From a virus (taxonomy: Duplodnaviria; Heunggongvirae; Uroviricota; Caudoviricetes): a DNA stretch of 64,000 nucleotides. Location of the stretch: the IMG/VR virus record IMGVR_UViG_3300043449_002776; one strand, given 5' to 3'. The translations under genes and the position numbers were made by a program. The notes below the pieces were generated by a model. The model worked only from the letters and a program-made list of their open reading frames with translations, was not told the DNA's origin and searched no databases. Positions 9,784 through 20,082 of the stretch are shown in pieces. Numbering within the stretch: the first letter of the stretch is position 1; each line of letters starts with the position of its first letter.

Positions 9784-11865
9784 ATGATCCAAGTTGGAAA
9801 TCGGTCGTTCGAAACTATTGATGATCTTGAAGAACTCGTCGTTCACGCAGCGACGGAGTATGAACTCAACGGTTACGCCGAAGATTTGGACAACGTAGAG
9901 ATCACTGATCCTGAGTATGATCAACTTTATCGTGAACTAAAAAAGTTAAAGCCAACATCTGTTGCCTTCGTAGGCACTAGTCCAAGTAAGGCGGCAGCAA
10001 AAGGCAAGACTGTCAAACATGATCCGCCAATGACTTCTATTGCCAAGGCCGATGGCGACGAGAAAGATTCCATCTATACTCGATGGATTGCCGATTGTGC
10101 TAAGAGAATTGGTGTAAGAACTGAAGAAGTCAAAATCGCTCAATCGTACAAGCATGATGGGGTTGCGATCCGAATCAATTACGTTAAAGGTAAGTTGCAT
10201 TCTGCTGGTTTGAGGCCAAGAGATGGCGTTAACGGATCTGATGTTACTCGTCACATGAAATATATAAAAGGCGTTCCTTTGGAATTGCCTTTGCCGCTTA
10301 CCCTTTCTCTGAATGGCGAAATTGAGTGTTGGGATGGTGATTTTGCGGCTGTGAATGCTGCACGGGATGCCGCAGGTGAAGAACCTTACAAAAACCCGAG
10401 AAACTATACCGCTGGTTGTATGGGTCGGGATGATGCTGAAGAAAACAAAGATGCTCGATTAAGAATTGCTTTTTACTCAATCACTAGTTTTGATGATTGG
10501 GCAAACTATTATTCATCAGAAATAGAGCGTGCCAAATGGGCAAATTCACCAGAAGGATTAAATCTTCAGGATGAAGAAGGTAAGGGTTTCTTTGTGCAAA
10601 TGCGGCCACATGAGTACCGTCATTTGGCCTTGATGGAAACACACTCTAAGAAACTTCCGTACTACACAGATGGGATTGTACTCAAGGTTGATAATCTTGA
10701 GTGGCAAACCGAACTGGGGAATATTGGCGACGATGCTGTCAATTCTCCAAGGGGTGCAATTGCATGGAAGTTTGAGGAAGAAACTGCCGAGGCAGAAGTT
10801 TCAAGCATTGAATGGAACGCCAGTCGGACGGGCCGTGTTGTGCCTACGGCTATTTTTGATACTCCATTTGTGCTTGCTGACACCGAAAATACACGAGCAA
10901 CATGCAATAATTATGGATGGATGGAATCACAAGGTCTTGGTCCCGGTGCAAAGGTTCGGTGTAAAAAAGGCGGCAAAATCATTCCCAATATTATGGAAGT
11001 GATCAAGCCGGTCAAAAACATTGGAGCCCCATCTTCTTGCCCCACATGTTCAGCTAACCTGAACCTTGTGACAAGTAGTAGTGGAAACAAGGATCTAATT
11101 TGTCCTAACCGTGACTGTGGTGCCAAGCATGTTAAGGGTTGGATGTTTTATGTCCAAAAACTGGGCGGAAAAGGTCTTGGCCTATCGGCTATGGAGAAAA
11201 TACTCCAGACCGGTAAAGTGCGAGGCTTGCACGACCTCTACGATTTGACTTACGATGATTTGATGGCTGGTGGTTTCACCGAACGACAGGCCGCTTTGGC
11301 TCTTGCCACAATCTTCATTATTCCCCCAATCAAGGACACTGATAAGTTATTGGAACAGATCGAAGCGTCCCGATCACAGAAATACAAAATTGAAGCGTGG
11401 AAGTTCTTTGCCGCTCTTGGCATACCGGGTGCAGGTGAAACTGCTGGTAAAGCCTTGGTTGCCCACTATAAAGATTTTGATCGCATCTGTGATGCGACTG
11501 AAGACGATTTGCTTGGAATTGCTGGCGTTGGTCCGGCTACTGCAACTGCGATTGTTGATTTTTTTAATCACCACCGTGCAACGGTTGAAAAATTACGTGA
11601 TCATTTTGATCTCGAACTCCCCAAGTCAGGAAAACTGACTGGGAAAAATTTTTGTTTGACCGGAAGTTTCACAGAAGGCAAGAAACATTGGCAATCGTTG
11701 ATTGAGGATCAAGGCGGTAATATTCAATCAAGTGTGGGTAAAACTACTCATTACTTAGTTCAAGAACATGGGAAGAACGACGGCTCGCCAAGTGAAAAGG
11801 AAGTGAAGGCAGGTAAACTGGGTATTCCAGTCATCTCTGTCAAAGATCTTCAAAAATTATTTTGA
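9784..11865 (+). CDS. ligA: NAD-dependent DNA ligase
   Basis: KxDG adenylation motif (SYKHDGVAIRINY), Cys4 zinc finger (CPTCSANL...CPNRDCGAKH), HhH motifs and C-terminal BRCT-like domain. Confidence 0.85.
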   Translation: MIQVGNRSFETIDDLEELVVHAATEYELNGYAEDLDNVEITDPEYDQLYRELKKLKPTSVAFVGTSPSKAAAKGKTVKHDPPMTSIAKADGDEKDSIYTRWIADCAKRIGVRTEEVKIAQSYKHDGVAIRINYVKGKLHSAGLRPRDGVNGSDVTRHMKYIKGVPLELPLPLTLSLNGEIECWDGDFAAVNAARDAAGEEPYKNPRNYTAGCMGRDDAEENKDARLRIAFYSITSFDDWANYYSSEIERAKWANSPEGLNLQDEEGKGFFVQMRPHEYRHLALMETHSKKLPYYTDGIVLKVDNLEWQTELGNIGDDAVNSPRGAIAWKFEEETAEAEVSSIEWNASRTGRVVPTAIFDTPFVLADTENTRATCNNYGWMESQGLGPGAKVRCKKGGKIIPNIMEVIKPVKNIGAPSSCPTCSANLNLVTSSSGNKDLICPNRDCGAKHVKGWMFYVQKLGGKGLGLSAMEKILQTGKVRGLHDLYDLTYDDLMAGGFTERQAALALATIFIIPPIKDTDKLLEQIEASRSQKYKIEAWKFFAALGIPGAGETAGKALVAHYKDFDRICDATEDDLLGIAGVGPATATAIVDFFNHHRATVEKLRDHFDLELPKSGKLTGKNFCLTGSFTEGKKHWQSLIEDQGGNIQSSVGKTTHYLVQEHGKNDGSPSEKEVKAGKLGIPVISVKDLQKLF

Positions 11866-11969
11866 GTATGGGCTTGATTTGCTCTAGAAAATCCCGTAAA
11901 AACCTTACAGTCCACAATTCGGATTTTGTGGACGGGTTTCTGAGTTCCTAAAGCTGCTGTGCAGCAAGG

Positions 11970-12860
11970 ATGGCACTGATGGAGGTCGAGGAGCAGACCA
12001 GTTTAGAGCAAGTTGCGTTTTTGACCCAAAAAGTACAAGGGAGACTGAAGCGAATTTTCAAGGTGCGTGAATTTGACGATCCAGCCAATCGTCAAGTCTT
12101 TCTAGGTGTCATGCCTCAATACGAATCATATCTGGAACAGGTTCGACAGGTTCAATCACAAAGCACAAGATCTGTTGCTGATCATCTTAAGGCTTGCTAT
12201 CAAGAGCCTCTAATGAGTAAAGATCAGGAATATCATCAGTTCCGAAAATACAACTATCACAAATTTTTGGCCCAAAAGTGGCTGGAACTTGACCGTATTT
12301 TCAAGGCTTGTGCGGAATTGAAGCGTGCCGATGAAGTGCGAAAGATGATTACCAACGCAAATGTGCGTTTGTGTATTCCCATCGTAAAGAAGTACCGAAG
12401 TGCTCGGCATCACGAGGATCTTGTTAGTGAAAGTTACTATTTGATCCATCGTGCCGTCGATTACTATGACTATACTCGGAATTTCAAGTTCAGCACTTAT
12501 GCAACGTGGGCCGTCTACAACACGATGGGCAGAACAGCCCAAGACTTGTTCAAGCACGATGCTGTTCATTGTGGTGAAATTGATACGGTTTCTCCCACTT
12601 TAACCACGGGCGAAGCTGAGCAAAAAGAAAAGCATGATGATGACCACTTCAAAGTGCTTGTCAGCAAGCTTTTGAGTTTTGCACATGAACGAGAGCGAGA
12701 TGTGCTTCACCGCAGATTCTTTGTGGGTGAAACCTTGGACGCAATTGGCAAGGACATGGGGGTCACTAAAGAAAGAGTCAGACAAATTGAAATCGCAGGG
12801 ATCGCTCGTCTTGCCAAGAAGGCGGCGGAAATGGGCTTGTCAATCGAAAATGTTTGGTAA
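11970..12860 (+). CDS. RNA polymerase sigma factor, sigma-70 family (RpoD/RpoS-like)
   Basis: Region 2 (YLIHRAVDYYDYTRNFKFSTYATWAVYN) and region 4 (LDAIGKDMGVTKERVRQIEIAGIARL) recognisable. Confidence 0.8.
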   Translation: MALMEVEEQTSLEQVAFLTQKVQGRLKRIFKVREFDDPANRQVFLGVMPQYESYLEQVRQVQSQSTRSVADHLKACYQEPLMSKDQEYHQFRKYNYHKFLAQKWLELDRIFKACAELKRADEVRKMITNANVRLCIPIVKKYRSARHHEDLVSESYYLIHRAVDYYDYTRNFKFSTYATWAVYNTMGRTAQDLFKHDAVHCGEIDTVSPTLTTGEAEQKEKHDDDHFKVLVSKLLSFAHERERDVLHRRFFVGETLDAIGKDMGVTKERVRQIEIAGIARLAKKAAEMGLSIENVW

Positions 12861-12944
12861 AAAAGTGTAGGTGCCCGAACCTTTTCTTTCCACTGCGTGT
12901 CTTCTCACATTGAAGGGTCAATTGTGAGGAGAAAACACAAGAGA

Positions 12945-12984
12945 CCGAATGTTGTGAGAAATAATTCATAACATTCGGTTTTTT
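12945..12984 (+). terminator. rho-independent terminator after sigma factor gene
   Basis: Inverted repeat CCGAATGTT...AACATTCGG followed by TTTTTT. Confidence 0.7.
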
Positions 12985-13102
12985 GCTTGAATATCTCTTT
13001 CGATTGAACTATATTTATTTTCCGAGACAAATAGTCACACAGTGTTTGTCTCTTTTGTCCCATTTTCGAGCTAACAAGTTCGAACGAAAGGAATGATGTA
13101 GG

Positions 13103-14689
13103 ATGGCTAACAAGAATATTTTCAAGAATACCGGTGCAAGTGTTCCTGCAACCGATACCACAAACAATGCTGGTGGAAAGGCTTATCGCTTTGATAAGCG
13201 ACACTGCCTCGCACAAATTGCGGCGACAAACTGCTTCAACGGCACCTTCTATGCGAGTGCAGAGGACAATCTGAAGCTGGCTAAGGAAGCCGCTCTTGCT
13301 CTGCGAGACGATCCTGAATTCATCGCTAAGGTGGCGTTGTATGCCCGTGACAAGGCATACATGAAAGACATGCCTGCTTTTCTGACCGTGGTTTTGTCGG
13401 AAATCGACAAGCCGCTGTTCCGTAAGGTCTTCCGCAGGGTTGTAGACAACGGCAAGATGCTCCGTAATGTCATTCAGATGGCACGAAGCGGTGCTGTGAC
13501 TACCAAGAAGGCCAACATGTCGGCGGGAACTTGGCGTCATGCGATTCAGGAATGGTTCGATAGCCGAAACGCTGTTGCACTATTCAAGGCATCCATTGGC
13601 AATGATCCAAGCATGAGAGACATTCTCCGTATGGCTCGACCAAAGCCTAACTCCCCTGAAAAGGAGGCGTTGTTTGGTTATTTCATCGGCAAGGATGTGT
13701 CTGTAGATCGTCTGCCCGAGAACGTGCGTGCGTATGAGCTTTACAAGAAGGATAAGTCTGGACCTGTGCCAGATGTGGACTTCCGTATGCTCGACTCGTT
13801 GGGAATCGGTGATGCTGAATGGTCTCAGATCGCAGGGCGTGCTCCTTGGATGATGACTCGGATGAACCTGAATACGTTTGCTCGTCATAACGTATTCAAG
13901 GATTCAGGTCTTACCAAGGTTATTGCTGATCGTCTCAACAACAAGGAACTGATTGAGAAGGCTCGTGCTTTCCCATACCAGTTGTATGTTGCTTGGCGTG
14001 AGATCTCCAACAATAACGATATTCCGTCGTTGGTGAAGGAAGCGTTGCAGGACGCTATGGAAGCTGCCATTGAGAATGTGCCAGCCCTTCCGGGCGAAGG
14101 CTTCGTTTGCGTGGACATGTCCGGCTCTATGAGTAGTCCGATCACGGGCCATTCTGCTGGTCGCCACAGTTCGTCTGTAACCTGTGTTGAGGTTGCTGGC
14201 TTGATCGCTTCAGCGGTTTACCGTAAGAATCGTTCAGCACAGATTTACACCTTCGACAGTACGGCAACTTTGGTTAATCTCAATCCTAGAGATACTGTTT
14301 TGACGAACACTTCGAAGCTGAGCAAGGCCGGTGGCGGAACAAACATTTCTGCTCCTTTGCATGATCTCAACAGAAAAAATGCCAAGGGCGATTGGGTGTT
14401 CTATGTTTCAGACAATGAATCATGGATCGACTCTGGCTCCAGATACAGTTACTACGGTACTGGTCTGGCAGATGAGTGGAAGAAATTCAAGTCTCGTAAC
14501 CCGAAGGCTCGTTTGATTTGTTGCGACTTGACTCCAAGAAACAACAGTCAAATTAAGTGTCAGCCTGATGTTTTGCAGGTTGGTGGATTCAGCGATCAGG
14601 TTTTTGATGTGATTGCATCCTTCTTGGAGCATGGGCACGAATCTGATCACTGGGTCTCTGAGATTGAGAAAGTTGTCTTGCCAGATTAA
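13103..14689 (+). CDS. TROVE-domain (Ro60-like) protein with C-terminal von Willebrand A domain
   Basis: N-terminal TROVE-like sequence (KAYRFDKRHCLAQIAATNCFNGTFYASAEDN...), vWA MIDAS motif VCVDMSGSMSS. Confidence 0.7.
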   Translation: MANKNIFKNTGASVPATDTTNNAGGKAYRFDKRHCLAQIAATNCFNGTFYASAEDNLKLAKEAALALRDDPEFIAKVALYARDKAYMKDMPAFLTVVLSEIDKPLFRKVFRRVVDNGKMLRNVIQMARSGAVTTKKANMSAGTWRHAIQEWFDSRNAVALFKASIGNDPSMRDILRMARPKPNSPEKEALFGYFIGKDVSVDRLPENVRAYELYKKDKSGPVPDVDFRMLDSLGIGDAEWSQIAGRAPWMMTRMNLNTFARHNVFKDSGLTKVIADRLNNKELIEKARAFPYQLYVAWREISNNNDIPSLVKEALQDAMEAAIENVPALPGEGFVCVDMSGSMSSPITGHSAGRHSSSVTCVEVAGLIASAVYRKNRSAQIYTFDSTATLVNLNPRDTVLTNTSKLSKAGGGTNISAPLHDLNRKNAKGDWVFYVSDNESWIDSGSRYSYYGTGLADEWKKFKSRNPKARLICCDLTPRNNSQIKCQPDVLQVGGFSDQVFDVIASFLEHGHESDHWVSEIEKVVLPD

Positions 14690-14706
14690 GACAAGGTCGC
14701 TATTTA

Positions 14707-14737
14707 CCTCTCCCCAAATTTTGGGGAGAGGTTTTTT
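14707..14737. terminator. bidirectional rho-independent terminator between convergent genes
   Basis: CCTCTCCCC AAATTTT GGGGAGAGG then TTTTTT; A-run on other side. Confidence 0.7.
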
Positions 14738-16481
14738 AGCTTCTTCTAACACAAAGGGCATTTCCAATTGGAGTGCCCTTTAATCTTGCAAATTCTTCGA
14801 TGCTTAGTATATTTCTTTCTGCAAAAGAACCAATTCCACAATCGTATATGAACGTATTTTGATTTTTGTCAATTCTTTTTACAGTTTGAAGCACATGACA
14901 GCATAGTTTTGAACAACGCACAAAAACTTTTTCACCTTTTACAAATTTAGGCAAAACTCTTTTTGGGGCTTTGAATAGCGATTTCATAGAACCACCTCTT
15001 ATTTTTGCCCCTCCTTGCGAGGATACATTATTTATGCTTTGCAGTAGATGACTGCCAGAATTTTCAATTCCCCCAATCATAATTTCATTTTTTGCTATTG
15101 CATTGTAACTTTCTCCAGAAACAATTGCCCCTCCCGAAGTTGATTGCTCACTAATAAGGGATACATCAAGTGTGCCAATTAGCACTATTCCGCCTTGCAT
15201 AATTTCTGACTGTGAACTTTCGCTTATGTGGCTTCCAGACAGTAGTATGCCGCCACCAACAGATTCATCATATGCAAGCCCATATAGGCTTTCTCCTGCA
15301 ATAGTAGCCCCACCTGAAAATTCAGTTTGACTTACAGAAGTTATCTCTGCAAAGCCAGTAACTAAAATTCCCCCCTCTAGAAGCAGTTCTGTGTTCGAAA
15401 ATATAAACGACTCTCCACTTACAGAAACGCTAGCCACCATCATTTCATCATAGGTAAATGTAGCAGATGAAAATCCTACATTTACACCGCCGCTCATAGT
15501 GACTTCAGATACGACCTCGGGGTTTGCTGAAGAATTTGCTGACACTCCACCACTAGCAATTTCATCATAAGTTTGCGATGTTACTATCGCCAAACCGAAT
15601 AAAATATTTGCATTGTCAGTAGTTGTGCCATTTATGAATGCTGGATCGCTTGCACCACTGTCGGTGCCAGTTTTAAATGCAAATTCTCCAGTTGCTATTA
15701 TATTTGTCGTTGAGGTCGATCCAGTAGTGCTTGATTGCAATATTTGCGACCAACTAGTTGTTGTATTTAGCAAACCTGTAGTAGTTGTGTCAGATTCAGA
15801 TGCTATTGCTCGAATCCAAATGTGATCAAGAGCATTAGTTCCAGATACACTCATGCTTGCTAAAGCATTATTGGTTCCTGCTTCTTCTAGTATTCCGTCT
15901 ATAGTAACTTGTGAGGAAGTATTATTTTGAAATAGATGTCCAGTTATAGCCTTAGCTGTTTTGCTAGAACTCAATGATGCAGTAATTGTCGAGCCAGATA
16001 ATATATTAGTTGGTGCAACCAAATACCAAGCAGATACTGTTGCACCAGCATCACTTGCACCTCCGCCTTTTGTATACTCTCTTATTTTTGTTGCACTGTA
16101 TCCATCAATAGTAACACTTGAATGCAAGGTTGTGATAGCGTCTGATGTCGCATCATTATCTGATGCCAGAATTACAATCGCTATCTCGTTTGTATTTATT
16201 TCTGCGGTAGATGTAGTGCTTATTGTGCTGCTGCTCGTTTTATCATTGGCACTGACAAAACTTCCTAGATTGGAAAAATTTGGTTTTATTGCCACTAATC
16301 TACTGACTTGGCTGATTCTGGCTTGAGATGTATTTTGGAGAGCGGTCAATTTTGCGACCTGTCCAATTCGCACATCTGATGAAGCCTGCAAAGCAGTCAA
16401 TTTTGCAACTTGGCCAACTCTCACATCAGAATTAGCAGTCAAAGCTGTTAGTTTTGCTACTTGTGTAATTCTGTTAGTCAT
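14736..16481 (-). CDS. repeat-rich fibre/structural protein
   Basis: 581-aa ORF; N-terminal tandem QVAKLTALxxxSDVRxG repeats, then S/T-G-G beta-repeats related to the giant protein at 57887. Confidence 0.55.
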   Translation of the reverse strand: MTNRITQVAKLTALTANSDVRVGQVAKLTALQASSDVRIGQVAKLTALQNTSQARISQVSRLVAIKPNFSNLGSFVSANDKTSSSTISTTSTAEINTNEIAIVILASDNDATSDAITTLHSSVTIDGYSATKIREYTKGGGASDAGATVSAWYLVAPTNILSGSTITASLSSSKTAKAITGHLFQNNTSSQVTIDGILEEAGTNNALASMSVSGTNALDHIWIRAIASESDTTTTGLLNTTTSWSQILQSSTTGSTSTTNIIATGEFAFKTGTDSGASDPAFINGTTTDNANILFGLAIVTSQTYDEIASGGVSANSSANPEVVSEVTMSGGVNVGFSSATFTYDEMMVASVSVSGESFIFSNTELLLEGGILVTGFAEITSVSQTEFSGGATIAGESLYGLAYDESVGGGILLSGSHISESSQSEIMQGGIVLIGTLDVSLISEQSTSGGAIVSGESYNAIAKNEIMIGGIENSGSHLLQSINNVSSQGGAKIRGGSMKSLFKAPKRVLPKFVKGEKVFVRCSKLCCHVLQTVKRIDKNQNTFIYDCGIGSFAERNILSIEEFARLKGTPIGNALCVRRS

Positions 16482-17503
16482 TATGCTATCACTTTTTGTC
16501 CGATTTCAACTGCCTCTACTTGTGCTTGAGTCCAAGCTAAGCTGGTGTCTGGATTCGTTGAAAAAATATCCTGTATTTGGTATGCATATGTGTCAGAAAT
16601 AGCAACATTGGTGCCATCTTGTTCTGTAGAGCCACTTTTAACAACCGCACATATAGTTCGGCTTGTTGCATCGGTTTTTCTACAGTTTACATCTACCCCC
16701 ATAGCCACAATAGAACTTGCAGTTGATCCTAGCGTTGGAAACCCATAAAGATCTTTATGCCCAACAGTATTTGACTGCACATAAGTGGTGTCATCGTCTG
16801 GGTTGGTCTCATCTACAAGCAAATAATTATCGGTCGAATTCCCATCACTGCCTGTCCACGAAGAAGAGCTACCATTGGCATTAGGAAATGAAGTTATAAT
16901 TCTTGTGTCGCCTAAAAAATCTGAGCCAGATCCTACTTGTAAAATAAAGTCATCATAACTCACGTAAGTGCTAGTATCTGAATTTAATCTTAAAGAATTT
17001 GCGTATGCATTTGCACTGGCTTTTGTGTCTTGTCCAGTGGCCACAGTAATAGCAAGCTCTCCATTTATTTTTAGTTGACAACTATTTGCTGATATTGAAT
17101 CAGCAATCATCATTTTCCATTCAATCCAATTCCAAGTATTTGGCCTAAGCATAATGGTGCTAGTTCCATTGGTTAGTGCCGTTCCTCCTCTTGTTATAGA
17201 AACTGTGTAGTTGCCATTTATAAATAAGTCAGCTTGCTGAGTTGAGGCATCTACTAAAGAAAGCAAAGTGCAGCCACTACCTGAAATTGATGTAAGATTT
17301 AGTCCAAAAGAAACACAGAAGTATTGGTTGTTCACAAAAGTTTTTGTGATTCTATCGTTTGAATAAAGCTTAATACATGATCCGCTAATTCTACCAGTTG
17401 TGAAGGTTTGAAAAGTGCTCGATGTGACCCATTTATCGCTTATATTTGCAACTGTGTTATAGTGTTCGAATCCATCCATAAAAATTATATTTGCTGCTGG
17501 CAT
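16481..17503 (-). CDS. putative virion structural protein (paralog A)
   Basis: Internal start chosen so protein begins MPAANIIFMDGFE like its paralog; ConA/lectin-like beta-rich sequence. Confidence 0.55.
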   Translation of the reverse strand: MPAANIIFMDGFEHYNTVANISDKWVTSSTFQTFTTGRISGSCIKLYSNDRITKTFVNNQYFCVSFGLNLTSISGSGCTLLSLVDASTQQADLFINGNYTVSITRGGTALTNGTSTIMLRPNTWNWIEWKMMIADSISANSCQLKINGELAITVATGQDTKASANAYANSLRLNSDTSTYVSYDDFILQVGSGSDFLGDTRIITSFPNANGSSSSWTGSDGNSTDNYLLVDETNPDDDTTYVQSNTVGHKDLYGFPTLGSTASSIVAMGVDVNCRKTDATSRTICAVVKSGSTEQDGTNVAISDTYAYQIQDIFSTNPDTSLAWTQAQVEAVEIGQKVIA

Positions 17504-17517
17504 ACTATGCTCCTTAG

Positions 17518-18537
17518 TTATGATGACAATTTGTAGCCAAACTCTGAAGCTTGCAAACTTTCGCTTGTCCAACTTGAGCTTGTGTTTGGATCATTGATCA
17601 AAATAGTTTCTACATGTGTTTGGTATGTGTCTGATAGATATTTGTTTGATCCATCTTGTTCGGTGCCGCCGCTTTTTACTACAGAACAAATCGTTCTGGA
17701 GCCTGCATCTACTTTCTTTGAATTAATATCAATTTCAACTGCTGAAATTGTAGGGGTAGTCGTTTCTAATGCTGGGAAAGTGAATAAATCCTTTTCCCCC
17801 ACGGTATTGCTCTGAACATAAGTGCTATCACCATCATATACTTGTTCATCAACAAGCAAATAATTATCAGTCGAATTACCGTCACTGCCTAGCCAGTTAG
17901 AAGCACTTCCATTACCGGATGGAAAAGATGTCAAGATTCTTGTGTCCCCAATAAAATCAGAGCCTGCCCCAACTTGCAAGACAAAATCGTCAAATAAAGT
18001 TGAGACCCCATTGGATGCAGTTCTTAACGCCATTCTATTAGCATAAGCATTAGATGTTTGTTTTGTGTCTTCCCCGGTTGCTGCATTTATTATTGTTTCG
18101 TCATTTAATCTTACTTGACAACTATTTGCTGATATTGAATCAGCGATCATCATTTTCCACTCAAGCCAATACCACACCTTAGCTCTGATTGCTACAAGAC
18201 TTGTCCCATTAGTAAGAGCAGTTCCAGATCTTGTTATTGATAAAAAACCGCTAGAATTCATTCTTAGGTCTATTTGGGAACTTCCGTCGAAAGCAGTACA
18301 AAATGGACCTGTGCCGATAGAGGAAAAAAATACGCCGAAAGAAATACATAAAAATTGATTATTGGCAAAACTTCTGTAGGTATAATCAATTGAATTTGTC
18401 AAATTTAGGCTTTTGCCACCATACCTGCCATCTGTGAACGCCGCCCCTACGGAAGTAGTGTGCCATTTATTCGATAGGCTGTCTGGCGTGTTGTATGTTT
18501 CAAAACCATCCATGAATATAATATTAGCTGCTGGCAT
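17518..18537 (-). CDS. putative virion structural protein (paralog B)
   Basis: 339 aa beginning MPAANIIFMDGFE; clearly paralogous to 16481-17503. Confidence 0.55.
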   Translation of the reverse strand: MPAANIIFMDGFETYNTPDSLSNKWHTTSVGAAFTDGRYGGKSLNLTNSIDYTYRSFANNQFLCISFGVFFSSIGTGPFCTAFDGSSQIDLRMNSSGFLSITRSGTALTNGTSLVAIRAKVWYWLEWKMMIADSISANSCQVRLNDETIINAATGEDTKQTSNAYANRMALRTASNGVSTLFDDFVLQVGAGSDFIGDTRILTSFPSGNGSASNWLGSDGNSTDNYLLVDEQVYDGDSTYVQSNTVGEKDLFTFPALETTTPTISAVEIDINSKKVDAGSRTICSVVKSGGTEQDGSNKYLSDTYQTHVETILINDPNTSSSWTSESLQASEFGYKLSS

Positions 18538-18675
18538 AGGCGTCTCCGTCCAAAGCGGTACATGTATTTATGCCTATGAACAAAACATAAAGCAAAAACT
18601 TTTAAGCCAAAAACCAGAAAGTAGTTTGACCAAATTCGAGTTTTGAGGATAAAAGTAAATTTTTGGAGGATTGAG

Positions 18676-18704
18676 TTGATCAGACTTCAATCGATTTGTA
18701 TGAT
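18676..18704 (+). promoter_or_regulatory. sigma-70-like promoter (TTGATC-17-TATGAT)
   Basis: Exact 17-nt spacer; A/T-rich upstream region; precedes gene 18900-19307. Confidence 0.55.
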
Positions 18705-18899
18705 ATATTTGCACCTGCTTCCCTCTCAAAACTTTGAGGAGGGTCTTCTTTGATCTTTCAATGCATAGGAGCACTGTGTCATAGAGACACGTCTTGCTCA
18801 TGCTTGATAGATTTCTCCCTGTTTGATTGCGAATCACAGGAGTAAATGCCATGCAAATGCATAGGGCTAAAAACTCGTGGTTTCCTGTAAGGAAAGAAC

Positions 18900-19307
18900 A
18901 TGAGTACGACCATTCCCACAACCGCAAAGACGAAGTTCTTGAGCGAGCCCAAGTCGCTCAAGATCGCAGAAATTGGAGGCCACAACACGCACTTGGGTGT
19001 GCTGGTCTTGGATGAGCCTATGCAGCCGGGCAATGCTTGCCACTTCTACCAAATTGAAGTTGGGGGTGTTCCTGCTGCGACAATTCACTTTCAGCGAGGC
19101 CCTGTCAAGGAAGCTGGCGTGAATGGAATCAGTGCAGAAGCTTTGCTTGCAATTGTGGCCCACAGACTTGAAGGATTTCAGTCTGGCCAGTTTGCATGTG
19201 AAGAAAATGCAGAAGCCTTGAAGTGCGTTTATGGTGCGTTGGAACAGATGGCGAAACGCACGAAGGGACGTATCGAGAGGCAAGTCGAAGGATACAATCA
19301 ACTTTAA
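18900..19307 (+). CDS. hypothetical protein
   Basis: 135-aa ORF with AGGAAAG RBS; preferred over antisense 148-aa ORF. Confidence 0.5.
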   Translation: MSTTIPTTAKTKFLSEPKSLKIAEIGGHNTHLGVLVLDEPMQPGNACHFYQIEVGGVPAATIHFQRGPVKEAGVNGISAEALLAIVAHRLEGFQSGQFACEENAEALKCVYGALEQMAKRTKGRIERQVEGYNQL

Positions 19308-19334
19308 ACTCAAAAAAATTTTTTGAGAATTTAG

Positions 19335-19363
19335 TTGACCTCACTCTAATTCATTCGTATCAT
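19335..19363 (+). promoter_or_regulatory. sigma-70-like promoter (TTGACC-17-TATCAT) upstream of tRNA pair
   Basis: Exact spacing; shares extended upstream ATTnAGTTGAyC with promoter at 18676. Confidence 0.55.
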
Positions 19364-19686
19364 GTAAGTGTTGCGAGTGAAAACTTGTAACAAGTTGAAC
19401 AGATAGCTTAGTCAGTCCTGTCAAAATTGAATTGAACTCTTGGTTGCAAAATTAAGAGTTCGGTTTAATGAGCGGGGTAAGCAGATCGAAAGATCGGTTT
19501 ACAAAGCGTTACCAAGAAGCCGCCCATCTGCGATATGATGATCAATAAAAGCATCTTGGTAAATACGATGGTGCAATTCCATCTCTGTTCATTTAGCCAC
19601 TACGATTAGCAATCGTGCGAGCAGCCCTTAAATTTGCTTAGGGAATAACGTGGCAAGGACAACTGAAAGTCGTGATGTTGTCCAAC

Positions 19687-19812
19687 TTGGGCAGGTAGCT
19701 CAGTGGTGTTTCCAACAGTAATGTTGGAAACTTCGGCGGGATGCAAGTTCAGTCGTACAGAGCATTCTCCTGAAAAGGAGAAGGGTCGCTGGTTCGAGTC
19801 CAGCCCTGCCCA
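19687..19812 (+). tRNA. tRNA-Phe (anticodon GAA) with about 52-nt insertion in the D-loop
   Basis: Perfect 7-bp acceptor GGGCAGG/CCTGCCC, D-stem GCTC...GAGC split by insertion, anticodon loop CTGAAAA, T-arm GCTGG TTCGAGT CCAGC. Confidence 0.45.
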
Positions 19813-19889
19813 CTTGGCGGAATGACGTTGTGGTTTACATCAAAAGTTGTTTGAAGAACAAACTACAACAACCTTTGTCCGCCAAATAC

Positions 19890-19985
19890 GCCGAATAGTT
19901 TAAGGGCAAAACACTCGGGAAGGTTATCGAGGCAACTCGGTGGACGCCGGGGGAATTGGAGGTTCGAATCCTTCATTCGGCACTA
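19890..19985 (+). tRNA. tRNA, long (96 nt), isotype undetermined
   Basis: Acceptor GCCGAAT/ATTCGGC, T-arm GGAGG TTCGAAT CCTTC; interior contains extra hairpin CGAG GCAA CTCG. Confidence 0.4.
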
Positions 19986-20048
19986 AAGGAATGACGAGCG
20001 GGTTTACATCTAAATACCGCAAAACTCGTTCAACAACTTGTCCTTTTT

Positions 20049-20081
20049 AAAAAAGACCAGCCTCACGGCTGGTCTTTTTTG
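20049..20081. terminator. bidirectional rho-independent terminator
   Basis: AAAAAGACCAGCC TCAC GGCTGGTCTTTTTT. Confidence 0.75.
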
Positions 20082-20082
20082 T

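Noticed and set aside
18867-19313. 148-aa minus-strand ORF overlapping 18900-19307
   Set aside because: The plus-strand ORF has an RBS and promoter and a more protein-like composition; the antisense ORF is likely a frame artefact.
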